Assembly: GCA_036867785.1 (NCBI GenBank)
Contig: CP145417.1
Span: 992,001 to 1,056,000 of the forward strand
Source of the DNA: Plasmodiophora brassicae
Lineage: Eukaryota
Direction: 5' to 3'
Length of the DNA: 64,000 nucleotides
Below the pieces are notes generated by a model that was not told the origin of the DNA, made no database searches, and was given only the letters and a program-made list of their open reading frames with translations. Each line of letters begins with the position of its first letter. Position 1 is the stretch's first letter. A program made the position numbers and the translations under genes. This document shows, piece after piece, positions 20,704 to 32,219 of the stretch.

Positions 20704-22638
20704 TGTCATGAGTCATCTCCACCACCATGACTCACGCCACTCACCTTCCGGCATCTAGCCACCTTCCGGCACCAAGCCACGTTCCGAGACCAAGGCCTTC
20801 ACCAGCCGCGCCCTGGTCCTCAGTCAGCATTCTCATGTCTACTCGATACACCGCGTGATCGGTAGTCATCGCACACTGTCGTGCACCAGCGTTGTCAGGT
20901 AGTTCTCCACATTTTTTTTTGCGATGAACCAACCGACACGAAGGTGGAGAAAAGGGCTCCTAACCATATCCTCTTCCGCGCGATCATTGAGGTCCGACAA
21001 GCACGGCCTCTCCAACAAGCAACAGCGCGATGCACGACACGCTAGATACCCGCATGCGCCCGCTGACTCCATGCAGGATATCGTCAAGCGCCGTCATCAA
21101 CACGACCCCCGGTTCAGAACCGTACCATCCGCGCCGGACGCAAATCCACCGGCCGGTACCCGACATCATCGGGGAGACTTTCATCCACATGGAAGTCGCT
21201 CTTCCGGCACAACAACCGGCACCATTCCAGCCGTCGCCCCCGTTCCGCATTCACCGTACTGGGTACCTCTGCCCGCGAATCTCCCGAGGTTCCACGAGTT
21301 CTATTGTTCAACTTCCAGACGCAACTGTCTACAAGCGCAGATCTTCCGTCAGCCACATCTGCACGTCGTTCACGATCCCTAGTGAACGGCGCCTCTTACG
21401 ACCCTCCTAGCCTGCCCTGGGTAGAGTTTTCTACAAAGTCTTCTCCAGCGGCATTACCGGCTCCACGCCACCCTCATCATCCGCATCAATGGGTCTCAGC
21501 CGTCTCCGGCGCTGAACATCCCAACGTATATGGCAACGACATCGCCATCGTCCTCGGTAACGACATCACCGACGGTCCTACCGGCTCCACGCCACCCTCA
21601 TCATCCGCATCAATTGGTCTCAGCCGTCTCCGGCGCTGAACATCCCAACGTATATGGCAACGACATCGCCATCGTCCTCGGTAACGACATCACCGACGGT
21701 CCTACCGGCTCCACGCCACCCTCATCATCCGCATCAATCGGTCTCAGCCGTCTCCGGCGCTGAACATCCCAACGTATATGGCAACGATATCGCCATCGTC
21801 CATGGTAACGACATCACCGACGGTCCTACCGGCTCCACGCCACCCTCATCATCTGTATCAATCGGTCTCATCGACCTCCACTCAACGACTTCAACCGGCT
21901 CCTCGCCACCCTCATCATCCGCATCAATCAGTCTCAGCCCAGGAATGTGCCACTCCGGCTCTGAACGTCCCAGCGTATATGGCAACGTCATCGGCATCGC
22001 CCACGGTAACGACATCACCGACTGCCATCGAACAGACCTAGCGGCATCACCGCCACGAATGCACATCCACTCGTTTTCTTGACGTCCACGGCATTGATAT
22101 CGCCGCCCAAGCGCGGACAAGCAAATTTACACTCAACAATGGCCCAGAAGTGTGCCATCTCCGACACTGAACGTGTCAACATCCAGGTCCGAAGCAGCTC
22201 CCGACACTTCTCTCACCCGCAACTCCAGAACCCTGTCACAGATTCTGCGAGTCCGAAACAAATATGAGCCGCGTCTCCAGCCAGATCGCACAGTTCTCAA
22301 GTTGCGAGCAAGCCCAATCACATCAAGCCGCACATCACGCGCACCATCAAGATTCACTTGACCCGCAACCTCATCAAGCCGCTCATCACGCGCACCTTCC
22401 ACCCCCACATCCCTTTTTGGCGGGGGATGATGTCATGAGTCATCTCCACCACCATGACTCACGCCACTCACCTTCCGGCATCTAGCCACCTTCCGGCACC
22501 AAGCCACGTTCCGAGACCAAGGCCTTCACCAGCCGCGCCCTGGTCCTCAGTCAGCATTCTCATGTCTACTCGATACACCGCGTGATCGGTAGTCATCGCA
22601 CACTGTCGTGCACCAGCGTTGTCAGGTAGTTCTCCACA
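20704..22638 (+). mobile_element. Non-autonomous LTR element 2 with internal tandem repeats
   Basis: Identical 208-bp TG...CA direct repeats 20704-20911 and 22431-22638. 5-bp TSD GTACC at 20699-20703 and 22639-22643. PPT GGCGGGGGATGA before the 3' LTR. No intact ORF. Confidence 0.93.
21456..22022. repeat. 124-bp tandem repeat (3 full units plus degenerate partial copies) inside element 2
   Basis: Equivalent ATGGCAACGA positions at 21530, 21654 and 21778; diverged copy near 21979. Confidence 0.9.
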
Positions 22639-23459
22639 GTACCTTTGCACGTGGACCCGTCGAGCGCCAACGAGAATGCCCAGACCGATTCACCGGACAG
22701 GATTGTCAAAATGTTCTGAAAACCGACAGCGCACGTGACCCGAACGTGGCGGGCGACGTTCTCCTCAGAAAACGAGCCGAGCTGGGTGCAAGCCGTGACG
22801 TCAACGGTGGCAGACCCAGCTCGAGACGCCATCCGAAAAGTCATTCCCGTGTCGATGAACTTCAGCGTCAGCTGGTACTGCTTGACCGGATGGACCAGGA
22901 CAACGTACTTCTGAAGTGCCTCGTCGAACGTGAATGGAGACATAGCCCGTGTATGGGTCGCGCTGCCAATTGCGCCAGGACGCCAAAGCAATCTCCCGAT
23001 GAGGATATCGACGATTTCCGGGTCGAAATGGAACCGTAATTCGCTGGACTGTCTCGGCATGAACGACGTGATCAAGCCGGCTGGCGACTGGTGACGGAAG
23101 AAGTTTCTCTTCTCATCCAACGATGGCAAGTTTTGGTACCGCTGCCACAGAGTGGCGTGTTGACTGTTCAGATGCTGGATATACTTGTGTGGGCGGAAGT
23201 CATTCTCGACCTTGTACGTGGTGGTAGTCGGTCGCTGTCCATGACGCCCGAACGTAACGCAGAACATGCACTTGGCCTGAGTGACCACACCACGCGACCC
23301 ATGAGCAGATGGCTTCATGCCGTACTGCACTTCATGATCGGACTGGAATGGAGTTCCTCCATCCCTCATCCGTTTGCTCGGGCGGCGGGTGTCATCGGAA
23401 AGACTATCGTCACCTGACGACATGGTTTGAGGGTGCCAACTGCAGACTGTAGAGGGTTC

Positions 23460-26400
23460 TGTGCCGGCTCCAAGCTATAAGACAAGAATAGCTGTGATCC
23501 GGCTAGGCCGCCCTAAGAATGACGGACATGCACGGCGTCCGTGGGAGCTGCAGGTCGGGGACACAGACGAATATACTACACGGCGGATATACCATCACCG
23601 TTGGGACGTCACAGAGATCTCTTGAACATCCTTTCGGGGAAGGTTTCAAAGAAGGACGCGATGGTGGCCACCGCGCAGGAGATGCTGCTGGAAGATGACG
23701 TCGATGATCGACAACAAGGACAGAGCGTGCAAGGCTCAACGATCGTCCTGCAGATGAACAAGGCGCCGACCTTGAAAAGCATGGACCGCAAGGCCGTCAC
23801 GACGTTCATGGCCGAGCTGAAGACGTATCGGAATCACTTCCGGGACGATCCGAACGCCAAGGGCCAGATCCCGCGGTCAGTGAGGAGTATGATCGACCCC
23901 GGTCTGCTCAGGGCGATCTGCAAGTGGGAACTCGGCAAGGACGCCGAGGGGGTGACGGAGAGCGACCTGATGGACTGGATGAAGAGGCATCTGGAGCAGG
24001 ATCGCTCGACGGACGCGAACATCGACCGGGAGATGCGGAAGCTGGCGATGAAGCTGACCATCACCACACCAGCGGCAAGGGTCGTGAACCTCGTGCAGCA
24101 GTACGAGGAATTGGTCGCGCGCAACGGGTGGCAGGACCTCTTCACGTCCCGCGAGGGACGGAAGAACCTGGTCAAGTACCTACTGGGTGCTGTGCGCCCA
24201 TCCGGTTTACAAGCGCTCATGCGGACCCTCGTCATGAAGCGCCAGACCGATCTCCAGAAGGACCCTTTGGAATTCTATCGGGTGCTGAAGGAACGGGCTG
24301 CATCGTATGAGGAGACGATGTTGTACATGGAGCCGGGACGTGAGGATGGCAAGGGGAAGGGAAAGGTCAAACCCACCCCGAAGAAGCGAGGGGCGCAGAC
24401 GGATGAAGGAGGCGATGGAGGCCGGGACACGAAACGACACCGGAAGGACCTGCGATGTTTCAACTGTGACGAGGTTGGACATCCAGCGTTTCGTTGCCCG
24501 AAGAAGCCTACCAAGAAGCAGGTCGCAGACCTGCTGAAGGATCGCCGCAAGGGGCCAACGGGAAGGGATGGACCCCGTAAGGCCAAATCTGATAAAGATG
24601 ACGACTTGTCAGAGTACCCATGGCTTCCAGTGGTAGGAAGAGTGTCGGAGGGGGCGCAGAGGACAGGGGACCAAGTAGTCGTTCGTGTAAACGGACATGA
24701 GGAAGACTACGTTGGGGTTCTGGACAGTGGAGCGACATCGGTTGACGTTCTGATGCCATTGACCATAGCGCGCGAGCTAATGGAGCGGGACCCATTGTTA
24801 ACAATGGAGAACCTCCAGAAGCCGGAAACGTTCTGTCTGGTAGACAGAGAAACGAAGCACACAGCCTACCATGTGATGATACTGGATCTGGGACTGACGA
24901 CGACGGCAGGCGAACTGATCACTCGCCGGCGCCGATGCCTTGTATGGGACATTCCTGAAAAGGAAATAATCCTAGGGGAGAGGCTGTTGGACGACTTGGG
25001 TATCCACCCAAAGAAGGCCCTGGACGTACTCATTAAGAGCACGCCGAAGAAGGGGAATGACGTCATGGATGAAGTGCACAATATGGCAAACGAGATGCCA
25101 CCTCTCTGGGAAGGGGAGGAAGAGGAAACAGAGGATGTGAGGATCGGAACCGATTCCACAGACTCCCTGGAAAGGGAGATGGACGGGATGGTCGAGCGCG
25201 CATTGAGGAATGGCCTACCGCAAGCGATGGGGAAATCGCTTCGGAAACTCGTCAGAAGATATAGGGACGTTTGGCGTATGAGCATTGGACCTGATGGTCC
25301 AGCCAGGGTTACACCATTTGTCACGGAGCTGAAACCGGATGCGGAACCTTACAGGTGCCGAGCCAGAAAGTACAGTATGGAGGACAGTGCTTTCATGGAG
25401 GAATTCGTCGCCCAATTGAAGAAGTATGGCCTAGTCGTTGAAAACTACAACGCGAAGTGGGCTTCACCGGTGGTGGTGGTGACGAAGCCAGGGGGCGGAA
25501 AGCGGTTCTGTGTTGATCTCAGAGCTGTTAATGCCAAATGTGTCGCCGTGGCGTGGCCTATGCCACATCAGGAGGCGATACTCAGGAACCTGGCAGGCTC
25601 GAGGTTCTGGTTTAAGCTAGACGCGTTCAAAGGCTTCTGGATGATGCCGCTGGATGAAGCGTGTCAGGAGATCTTCTCCTTCATGACAGATAAGGGGGTG
25701 TATAAGCCAACGAGGTCGATGCAGGGGGGAATGAACTCCGCCCCTCAGTATCAAGGGAGGATGTTTGAGGTGTTCGGGGAACTTATGTTCCACAAACTAA
25801 TCATATGGATCGATGATCTAATGGGGCATGCCCAAAGGGAGGATGATTGGTTCCGAACGTTGGAACGGACTCTGATGCTAGCCGAACGGCACAGCATCAA
25901 GTTCAACGTGGAGAAGTGTGAGCTCTTCACAACAGAGGTTCGGTTCTGTGGAAGGATATTCACGCCAGAAGGGGTAAGGCACGATCCTGCTAGGATTGAG
26001 GCTTTAATGGCGATACCACAGCCGAGGACGGCAAGGGACTTGCAACAATTCCTTATGGCAACTCAGTGGATGAGTAGGTCCATCCCTGAGTACAACAGGA
26101 AGGTACACCTGTTACAGAGGATATACGAGGATGCCATGAAGGACCAACCTGGCAGGACGAAAGCCATTGCCAGGAGGGTGCGATTGTGCAAATATGGATG
26201 GTCACCCGAACATGCGCTGGCATTCGAGAAACTGAAGATGGCAGTGGCGGACACGGTCCAACTAGCGTACCCGCGAAAGGACCGGATCCAATGCCTATTC
26301 TCAGATGCAAATGAGGTTAACAGCGCGGCGGTAGTCACACAGATTCCGCCTGAGGACTTGGGTAAACCAGTGCATGGGCAGCGACATGAACCGCTGGGTT

Positions 26401-28702
26401 TCGTCGGACACAAGTTCGCGGGCCCAGAGCGGAACTGGTCCACGGTGGAGAAGGAAGGGTTCGCGATCAAGGATGGGATTGACAAACTGGACTATCTCGT
26501 TACAACCAACGAGCAGTTTCGTTTGTTTACCGATCATAGGAATCTCGTGAGGATATTCTCACCAACGGACGTGTCAAAGCCAACGGCGCAGAAACTGCAA
26601 CGATGGGCACTGGACATACAGAGGGTCAACTACGTCATTGAACACATTGCGGGGGAGGACAATGTGTGGTCGGATCTTATGACGCGGTGGGGTGCACCGG
26701 ACGGTGGGCCTGATGACCAGCACCTAGAGGTACGCACGATCAGGAGGATAACGCTTCAAATTGAGGACGGATATCGGGTACGGCCGTTACAAAGGAAGGA
26801 ATTCCAATGGCCGACCGTGGACGAAATCCGTAAGGCTCAGAGGAAATGGCTCAGAGGAACGAAACGACCGAAGAATGGTGATGATCTCTTCGTCACAGGG
26901 AAGGGACAGGTGATCATACCAGACGAATGCAACGAGCTGAAGCTGCAGCTATGCGCTATTGCTCATGCGGGCGGAAACAGTGGGCATCTAGGACTGAAGG
27001 CCTCGTTGAGGAAGTTGGGGGAGTTCTGCCATTGGGCACACTGCGATGAGGACATGAGGACGTTCTGCAACGCGTGTTTGAACTGTCTACCGACAAGGGG
27101 CGGGGTTAGGATTCCCAGGCCATTGGGAACAGCTGTTCATGGTGTTAGGCCGAATCAGGTGATTCACTTGGATTGGCTATACATGATGGCGGCTCAGAAG
27201 GGCGGAAGACATGATCTGCAATGGAACCTGATAATCAGGGATGATCTGTCTGGCATGGTCAAGATTACTCCTGACCATACACCCAATGCGGAAACCACTG
27301 TAGAGGCACTGCTCGAATGGAGGGCTATCTTCGGAACGTTTGAGTTGATGGTGTCAGACATGGCGTCTTGCTTTCTGGCAAACGTTGTGAAGGAACTGGC
27401 GCGTCGATGTGGATTTGCTCATCACCCGACTGTTGCCTATGGGCATTACAGTAATGGATCAATTGAGGTGATCAACAGGAACTACTTGCAACTAGTCAGA
27501 GCACTTCTGTCTGAATTGCAGTGGGACAAATACGATTGGCCATGGTTGAACCACAACATTGAACACACGATCAATCACAGGTCGCAGGCGCGTACCAACG
27601 GGAATGCGCCAGTGACAGTGATGATGGGACGTCAACCAGACAACCCGCTGAAGCAAGTGTTCAAGAGGCCAGGGGATGAGAAGTATGGGGAAGCTACACT
27701 CTCAAAGGAGCATATTCAGGAGCTAGTCATGCAATTGCAGACGTCGCTGAATGAAATGCACAAGGGAGCAGTGCAGCAATCGAAGAAAATCCGAGCCGTA
27801 CACAGGAAGAGGAGCGACGCGTACCGACGAGCAACTGCACCGAACTTTCAGATCGGTGACTATGTACTCATCGGATTGCCTGAACCGGGTAAGGTTCCGG
27901 GCAAGAAGCTCTTTATGAAGTGGCGGGGCCTATATCAAATAACTGATAGCCACGAGAACTACACCTACGAGGTGAGGAATATGTTCAATGAGACGGACAC
28001 TCGAACCGTTCACGGGGACCGCGTTCGCCTCTATGAACATGGCAAAGTGAATGCCACTGAGGAACTGAAGCGACAGATGGATTATGACAATGAGCGTTTC
28101 GCCATTGAAGTCTTCAAGGACTGCAGGCACAGTCCGGAGACAGGGGAATTGGAATTGTTGATCGGATGGAAGGGTTTCTCTGAAGCGGAGGATTCATGGG
28201 AGCCAATCTGCAGGTTGGCGATGGATGTACCGAAGCTGGTGAAGGCACATGCCGCCAGGATGAGGAAGGAGAAACATCACCTTGCTGATGAGGTTAAGGA
28301 GTTACTTAAGGCGGAAGGAGTCCAGTAGGCTAGTCATGCTTTTTTCCCGGATGCGCGCTGGGTTATTTTAATGCCGACGGCCATGTGACGACAGAAGCCA
28401 AAACTGTGTTCTACGAAGATTGAGACTTAATTATGTTAATTAGACTATATTAAGGAGAAGACATGATTAGGATACACCACCACTGAAGACACCTGCAAGG
28501 AGGAGCATTTCGTTGAAGGAGGGGAATGTGCCGGCTCCAAGCTATAAGACAAGAATAGCTGTGATCCGGCTAGGCCGCCCTAAGAATGACGGACATGCAC
28601 GGAGTGCGCACGGAGTCCGCACGGCGTCCGTGGGAGCTGCAGGTCGGGGACACAGACGAATATACTACACGGCGGATATACCATCACCGTTGGGACGTCA
28701 CA
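23460..28702 (+). mobile_element. Full-length Ty3/Gypsy chromovirus family B copy 2
   Basis: 5' LTR 23460-23613 (154 bp) and 3' LTR 28527-28702 (176 bp), TG...CA. 4-bp TSD GTTC. PPT GAAGGAGGGGAA. Confidence 0.97.
23661..28328 (+). CDS. Intact single-ORF gag-pol polyprotein (CCHC, protease, RT, RNase H, integrase, chromodomain)
   Basis: CFNCDEVGHPAFRC; LDSGA; LDAFKGF/WIDD; FSDAN..EKE..TDHRNL; H-H-C-C zinc motif and HLDW..VSD..SIE; IGWKGFSEAEDSWEP. First ATG after the LTR is 23661. Confidence 0.95.
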   Translation: MVATAQEMLLEDDVDDRQQGQSVQGSTIVLQMNKAPTLKSMDRKAVTTFMAELKTYRNHFRDDPNAKGQIPRSVRSMIDPGLLRAICKWELGKDAEGVTESDLMDWMKRHLEQDRSTDANIDREMRKLAMKLTITTPAARVVNLVQQYEELVARNGWQDLFTSREGRKNLVKYLLGAVRPSGLQALMRTLVMKRQTDLQKDPLEFYRVLKERAASYEETMLYMEPGREDGKGKGKVKPTPKKRGAQTDEGGDGGRDTKRHRKDLRCFNCDEVGHPAFRCPKKPTKKQVADLLKDRRKGPTGRDGPRKAKSDKDDDLSEYPWLPVVGRVSEGAQRTGDQVVVRVNGHEEDYVGVLDSGATSVDVLMPLTIARELMERDPLLTMENLQKPETFCLVDRETKHTAYHVMILDLGLTTTAGELITRRRRCLVWDIPEKEIILGERLLDDLGIHPKKALDVLIKSTPKKGNDVMDEVHNMANEMPPLWEGEEEETEDVRIGTDSTDSLEREMDGMVERALRNGLPQAMGKSLRKLVRRYRDVWRMSIGPDGPARVTPFVTELKPDAEPYRCRARKYSMEDSAFMEEFVAQLKKYGLVVENYNAKWASPVVVVTKPGGGKRFCVDLRAVNAKCVAVAWPMPHQEAILRNLAGSRFWFKLDAFKGFWMMPLDEACQEIFSFMTDKGVYKPTRSMQGGMNSAPQYQGRMFEVFGELMFHKLIIWIDDLMGHAQREDDWFRTLERTLMLAERHSIKFNVEKCELFTTEVRFCGRIFTPEGVRHDPARIEALMAIPQPRTARDLQQFLMATQWMSRSIPEYNRKVHLLQRIYEDAMKDQPGRTKAIARRVRLCKYGWSPEHALAFEKLKMAVADTVQLAYPRKDRIQCLFSDANEVNSAAVVTQIPPEDLGKPVHGQRHEPLGFVGHKFAGPERNWSTVEKEGFAIKDGIDKLDYLVTTNEQFRLFTDHRNLVRIFSPTDVSKPTAQKLQRWALDIQRVNYVIEHIAGEDNVWSDLMTRWGAPDGGPDDQHLEVRTIRRITLQIEDGYRVRPLQRKEFQWPTVDEIRKAQRKWLRGTKRPKNGDDLFVTGKGQVIIPDECNELKLQLCAIAHAGGNSGHLGLKASLRKLGEFCHWAHCDEDMRTFCNACLNCLPTRGGVRIPRPLGTAVHGVRPNQVIHLDWLYMMAAQKGGRHDLQWNLIIRDDLSGMVKITPDHTPNAETTVEALLEWRAIFGTFELMVSDMASCFLANVVKELARRCGFAHHPTVAYGHYSNGSIEVINRNYLQLVRALLSELQWDKYDWPWLNHNIEHTINHRSQARTNGNAPVTVMMGRQPDNPLKQVFKRPGDEKYGEATLSKEHIQELVMQLQTSLNEMHKGAVQQSKKIRAVHRKRSDAYRRATAPNFQIGDYVLIGLPEPGKVPGKKLFMKWRGLYQITDSHENYTYEVRNMFNETDTRTVHGDRVRLYEHGKVNATEELKRQMDYDNERFAIEVFKDCRHSPETGELELLIGWKGFSEAEDSWEPICRLAMDVPKLVKAHAARMRKEKHHLADEVKELLKAEGVQ

Positions 28703-29624
28703 GTTCCCACAGCCGTACGGAGCCCGTGGAACGGCGGAATGGCATCCCCGAACGCCTCCCTGGTTCCTAGAGCACGCTTGGGTCGCCTGAACTGGATTCG
28801 GCGAAATATGTCACCACATCACCAAATATGCATGAGATTCGGGTGCTATTTTTAGGAAATCGCATATCTCAAGAGGCCTGTAATAATCGCCAAAGGAACG
28901 TTTTGGCTCCATTGATGTGCGTAAGGTACCAGCGGGTAGCCACCATGCCTCGGCACTGAACAATATTGGGGGCGCAGTGTATTACAGGCACCGTTTGATG
29001 CCATATTGTCAGGCAACCTATGTGGTGGGAGCACTATCCTGTTAGCGTTATATTTTGCCAGGGCATCATCATCTCATGAACGATGCACGAACATACGCGT
29101 CATGGAAGAGGACTGGCAAACGGATGCAATTTGCGGGTTCCATTCTTCCGATCGACTCGGTTATACTTCATCTCGTTGCTGGGCACCTCTACAATGACGG
29201 CACAGGTGGATGTGGAATCGTTGGAAGAGCTGGCCATTGTCTAGGGAACCTGCTGAAGAATGGGTCCACTGAGCCGAACAACGGCGTCCAGGGGCAGGCC
29301 CATTTGGAGAAAGACGACGTCGTCGTGGGCGGCACAAAGGGCTTGTTCGACCTCGTGACGCAGAATGAAATCCAGGAAGTTGCCACAGCAAGCGGCGATC
29401 ATAGAGCCCCTGGAAGCTGAACGCTGCCTTCAGGACCGCGGACGATCGCAGACGACCTAGCACATAGGGCCAGATCGAAACAAGAGTCCATTGGCCGCAC
29501 AGACGGTAGATCTATCGTCGTCGGCATCGTTAAGAGCAATGCCGCGGCACCAGGTTGACCATGTTCGATATTATTATACCCCCCGATCCTTCGGTGCTCC
29601 GACGTCGACAGTTTCGTGCATGTA

Positions 29625-30730
29625 TTAGGAGGCGGATGTATAAAAGTAGTGAGATTGAAGCGTTAACGCAAGGTCCAGGCAATTCTCTAAAAACGACACA
29701 TACGTGGTCAGCATGCACTGTGCAACGCAATAGGGTAACCGCGTACCAAAGAAGACGCCGAACAATGGGAGGCGCCCGAGGATAGACAGCAGCCTTGCTA
29801 GAGGGATCTTCGTGAACCGCTCGAAGAACGGCGACCTGAGCAGGTAGAATGACCAGAGGAAGCATCGCCTGTGCACCTCCTGCTGCTGTCGCACGGTCAG
29901 GTTCGCCATGCGGCCTAACAGCGCCCGACTGGCGACATCGGTCAGCAGTGCACTCATGAACGGAATCCAGGACTTTGTCGAAAACGTCAAGGCTCCCATG
30001 CTGAACACGACCGGACGAAGAACGTGCAGGACCTCAGCGCCGACGTGTTTTCCATCGACAGGCCCAGCCACCAAGCTCGTCCTTCGTGGCGCAAATAGCC
30101 CATGTGGCCTTTCAACGGTCCTGCCATGCCTGGCATACATGTCTGTGAGCACAATAGCAGGTATCAGAACGTCCGCTCGCCGGTTGACATTCCTGTGAAC
30201 GTACTGATGACGTCGGAGAATGGCGACCCTGTGCTCTGAAAGGATGCCGCATGCGTCAGCTTGTGGTAGGCCAGGTTCTCCATCTGCGTTTGGAAAACTG
30301 CCTCATCTGGCGTCGCTTGCATGACCATGGCGCCGCGATTATGATGTAGAAGCGCCAGGCGGCACGCGGCTTTGATCGATTCGATCAGCAGGATGATGAT
30401 CCATCGGCGCCGATGCGACCCCGATCGGATCGCCAGCATCTCGATCAGGATCTCCACGTGCTGCACCACGCTGATAACGTTTTGCAGGCTATTGCTCGTC
30501 GGCGTATGGTCGACCTGGAGCAAGGCGGGCGATACGCGCGGCTGCCCCATGATCCGGTTATGGTAGAACGACAGCATGTTCAGCAGGACGTGCAGCGATT
30601 CGCTGGCCATCTCCGACTGCCCGTACCGACCCGGGATCATCATCAGCAGCGCGCGCATCGTCTCCTCGACCGTGCACAGCGTCCCGTAATTGTCCTTGAC
30701 GAACGCCTCATAGCGTTCGACCAGCGCCAT
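29625..30730 (-). CDS. PEX16: Peroxisomal membrane protein PEX16 (multi-exon)
   Basis: YEAFVKDN..VEETMRAL..PGRY..SE; VEILIEMLA; LIESIKAACRL; EVLHVLRP; YLLRSPFF; C-terminal YFYTSAS. Confidence 0.9.
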
Positions 30731-31068
30731 GTCGCGGACCGCAATGCGCCGCCGCCGGCACCGCTCTGGGCGGATACCTAATCGTGGCGCTTTACATACG
30801 GCAACGCGACCAGGCGCGCCTGATCCGAAGACCTGGTGAACTTGGTACACCCGTTATCTCAGCTGGCCAGCTACAGCCCTCCCGATCCCGGGCCCGTCCT
30901 CCGGTTTCTGTTACGCCGTTCGGCTGGTGGTGTTGGCCGGTCGTCGTACACGGCAGGCGGGCCACGGAAGTTTCCGAAACTGCAACAGCAATTTCCGCCA
31001 CAGGTGACAGACTGACAGTGGGGCGGCGATCGAGTCGAGTCGCGGTGCTCTGCAGTTGCATTTGCGAT

Positions 31069-31069
31069 G

Positions 31070-31104
<35 letters not shown>
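31069..31104. repeat. (GGC)n microsatellite upstream of the biotin ligase start
   Basis: About 11-12 GGC units. Confidence 0.9.
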
Positions 31105-31132
31105 AGACAGGTCCGCGGGGGACCGGCCGACA

Positions 31133-32133
31133 ATGGCGGCCGACCTGGCCGGCCGGTACGTGCTGCCGGTGACGTTCTCGCCGCTGCGGTTCGCGTCGCT
31201 GCTCAGGACGCAGGTCGTCGGGCGGTGTCTGACGCACGTGCAGACGACGCCGTCGACGCAGGGCGTGGCCAGGACGATGGCGCTGGCCGGGGCGCCGACG
31301 GGGTCCCTGGTTCTGGCCGACGCGCAGACGGCCGGCGTTGGCCGAGGCCACGGCCGCACCTGGTCGAGCCCATCCACTGGCAATGTCTACATGACGCTGA
31401 TCCTGCGGTAACCATGCGGCGGCCGCGTCGCATCCTGCATCGCATCGAGCGCGTCTTGTGATGCAATCCCGCAGGCCGACGACGCTGCAGGAAGCCATCA
31501 AGGTGAATCTGGGGTCCGCGCTCGCCGTCGCGGTACGCTGCTGGGCCATTATACGTCGCGTTCAATCGGGTCCTGATATCGGGCATGCAGAAGGCGGCGC
31601 GAGCCTTCGGCGTCGACGCGGGTGTGAAATGGCCGAACGACGTGTGGGTCGGCGACCAGAAGATGGCGGGCGTGCTGGCCGACAGCCAGGTGGCCGACGA
31701 CGATCGTGCGAACAGTTTCCTGCTGCTCGGCATTGGCATCAACGTCAACGGGGACATGTCGACCGGCGCGCTGGGTCGATCGGCGACGAGCATGCGCGCC
31801 TGCCTGCAGGGCGCCGATATCGAACGCGAGGCGTTCCTCGCCGGTGTCTGCAACGAGCTCGAATCGATCATGGGCATGCCTCACAAGAGCGTCGTCGACG
31901 AGTACCGGCGCCTGGACGTCCTGACGGGGCGGGAGTGCGTCGTCATGCCCCACAAACTGGAGGACGCGTCTAGCCATTACCAGGCGTACTGCATCGGCGT
32001 CAACGACGACGGCAACATGCAGGTTCGGGTCGGCGATCACCCCGACACTGTGGTCCTGTCCTGCGAGGAGGTCAGCGTCCGTCCCTACCTCGACGCCCTT
32101 CAGCGTTCTGCGCCGACGGCGTCCTGCACGTGA
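31133..32133 (+). CDS. Biotin-protein ligase (BirA/HCS catalytic type, no HTH), about 3 exons
   Basis: STQ; QTAGVGRGHGRTWSSP; KWPNDV; KMAGVL; GIGINV; short introns near 31410-31473 and 31533-31590. Confidence 0.88.
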
Positions 32134-32219
32134 ACGTGGACGCCAACGGGTCCGCCAGGTGCCCCCGCTTGTGATTTACTGATGAAATTGTGTTCGCGAT
32201 ATATCACCCGTTTAGGCGC

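Larger units (their letters stand above)
19276..23423 (-). pseudogene. hAT-like transposase (735 aa when rejoined) split by insertion 20704-22638
   Basis: 23423-22639 joined to 20698-19276 gives 2208 nt in frame: LALDGSTCKGTSYIDVR, SSDGAANMTG, WCALH, TRW, ESDFS; N-terminal CMFC..HLNSQH. Confidence 0.88.
19136..28875 (-). mobile_element. hAT-like DNA transposon (about 2.55 kb core) carrying two LTR-element insertions
   Basis: Perfect 18-bp inverted repeats CTCTTGAGATATGCGATT at 19136-19153 and 28858-28875. Subterminal (CC)AAATATG repeats at both ends. Split transposase inside. No clean TSD seen. Confidence 0.8.

Noticed and set aside
23541-23660. ORF-track start inside the LTR (also 8109 for copy 1 and ORF 28513-28770)
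   Set aside because: Non-ATG or LTR-internal starts; the first plausible gag ATG is 23661.
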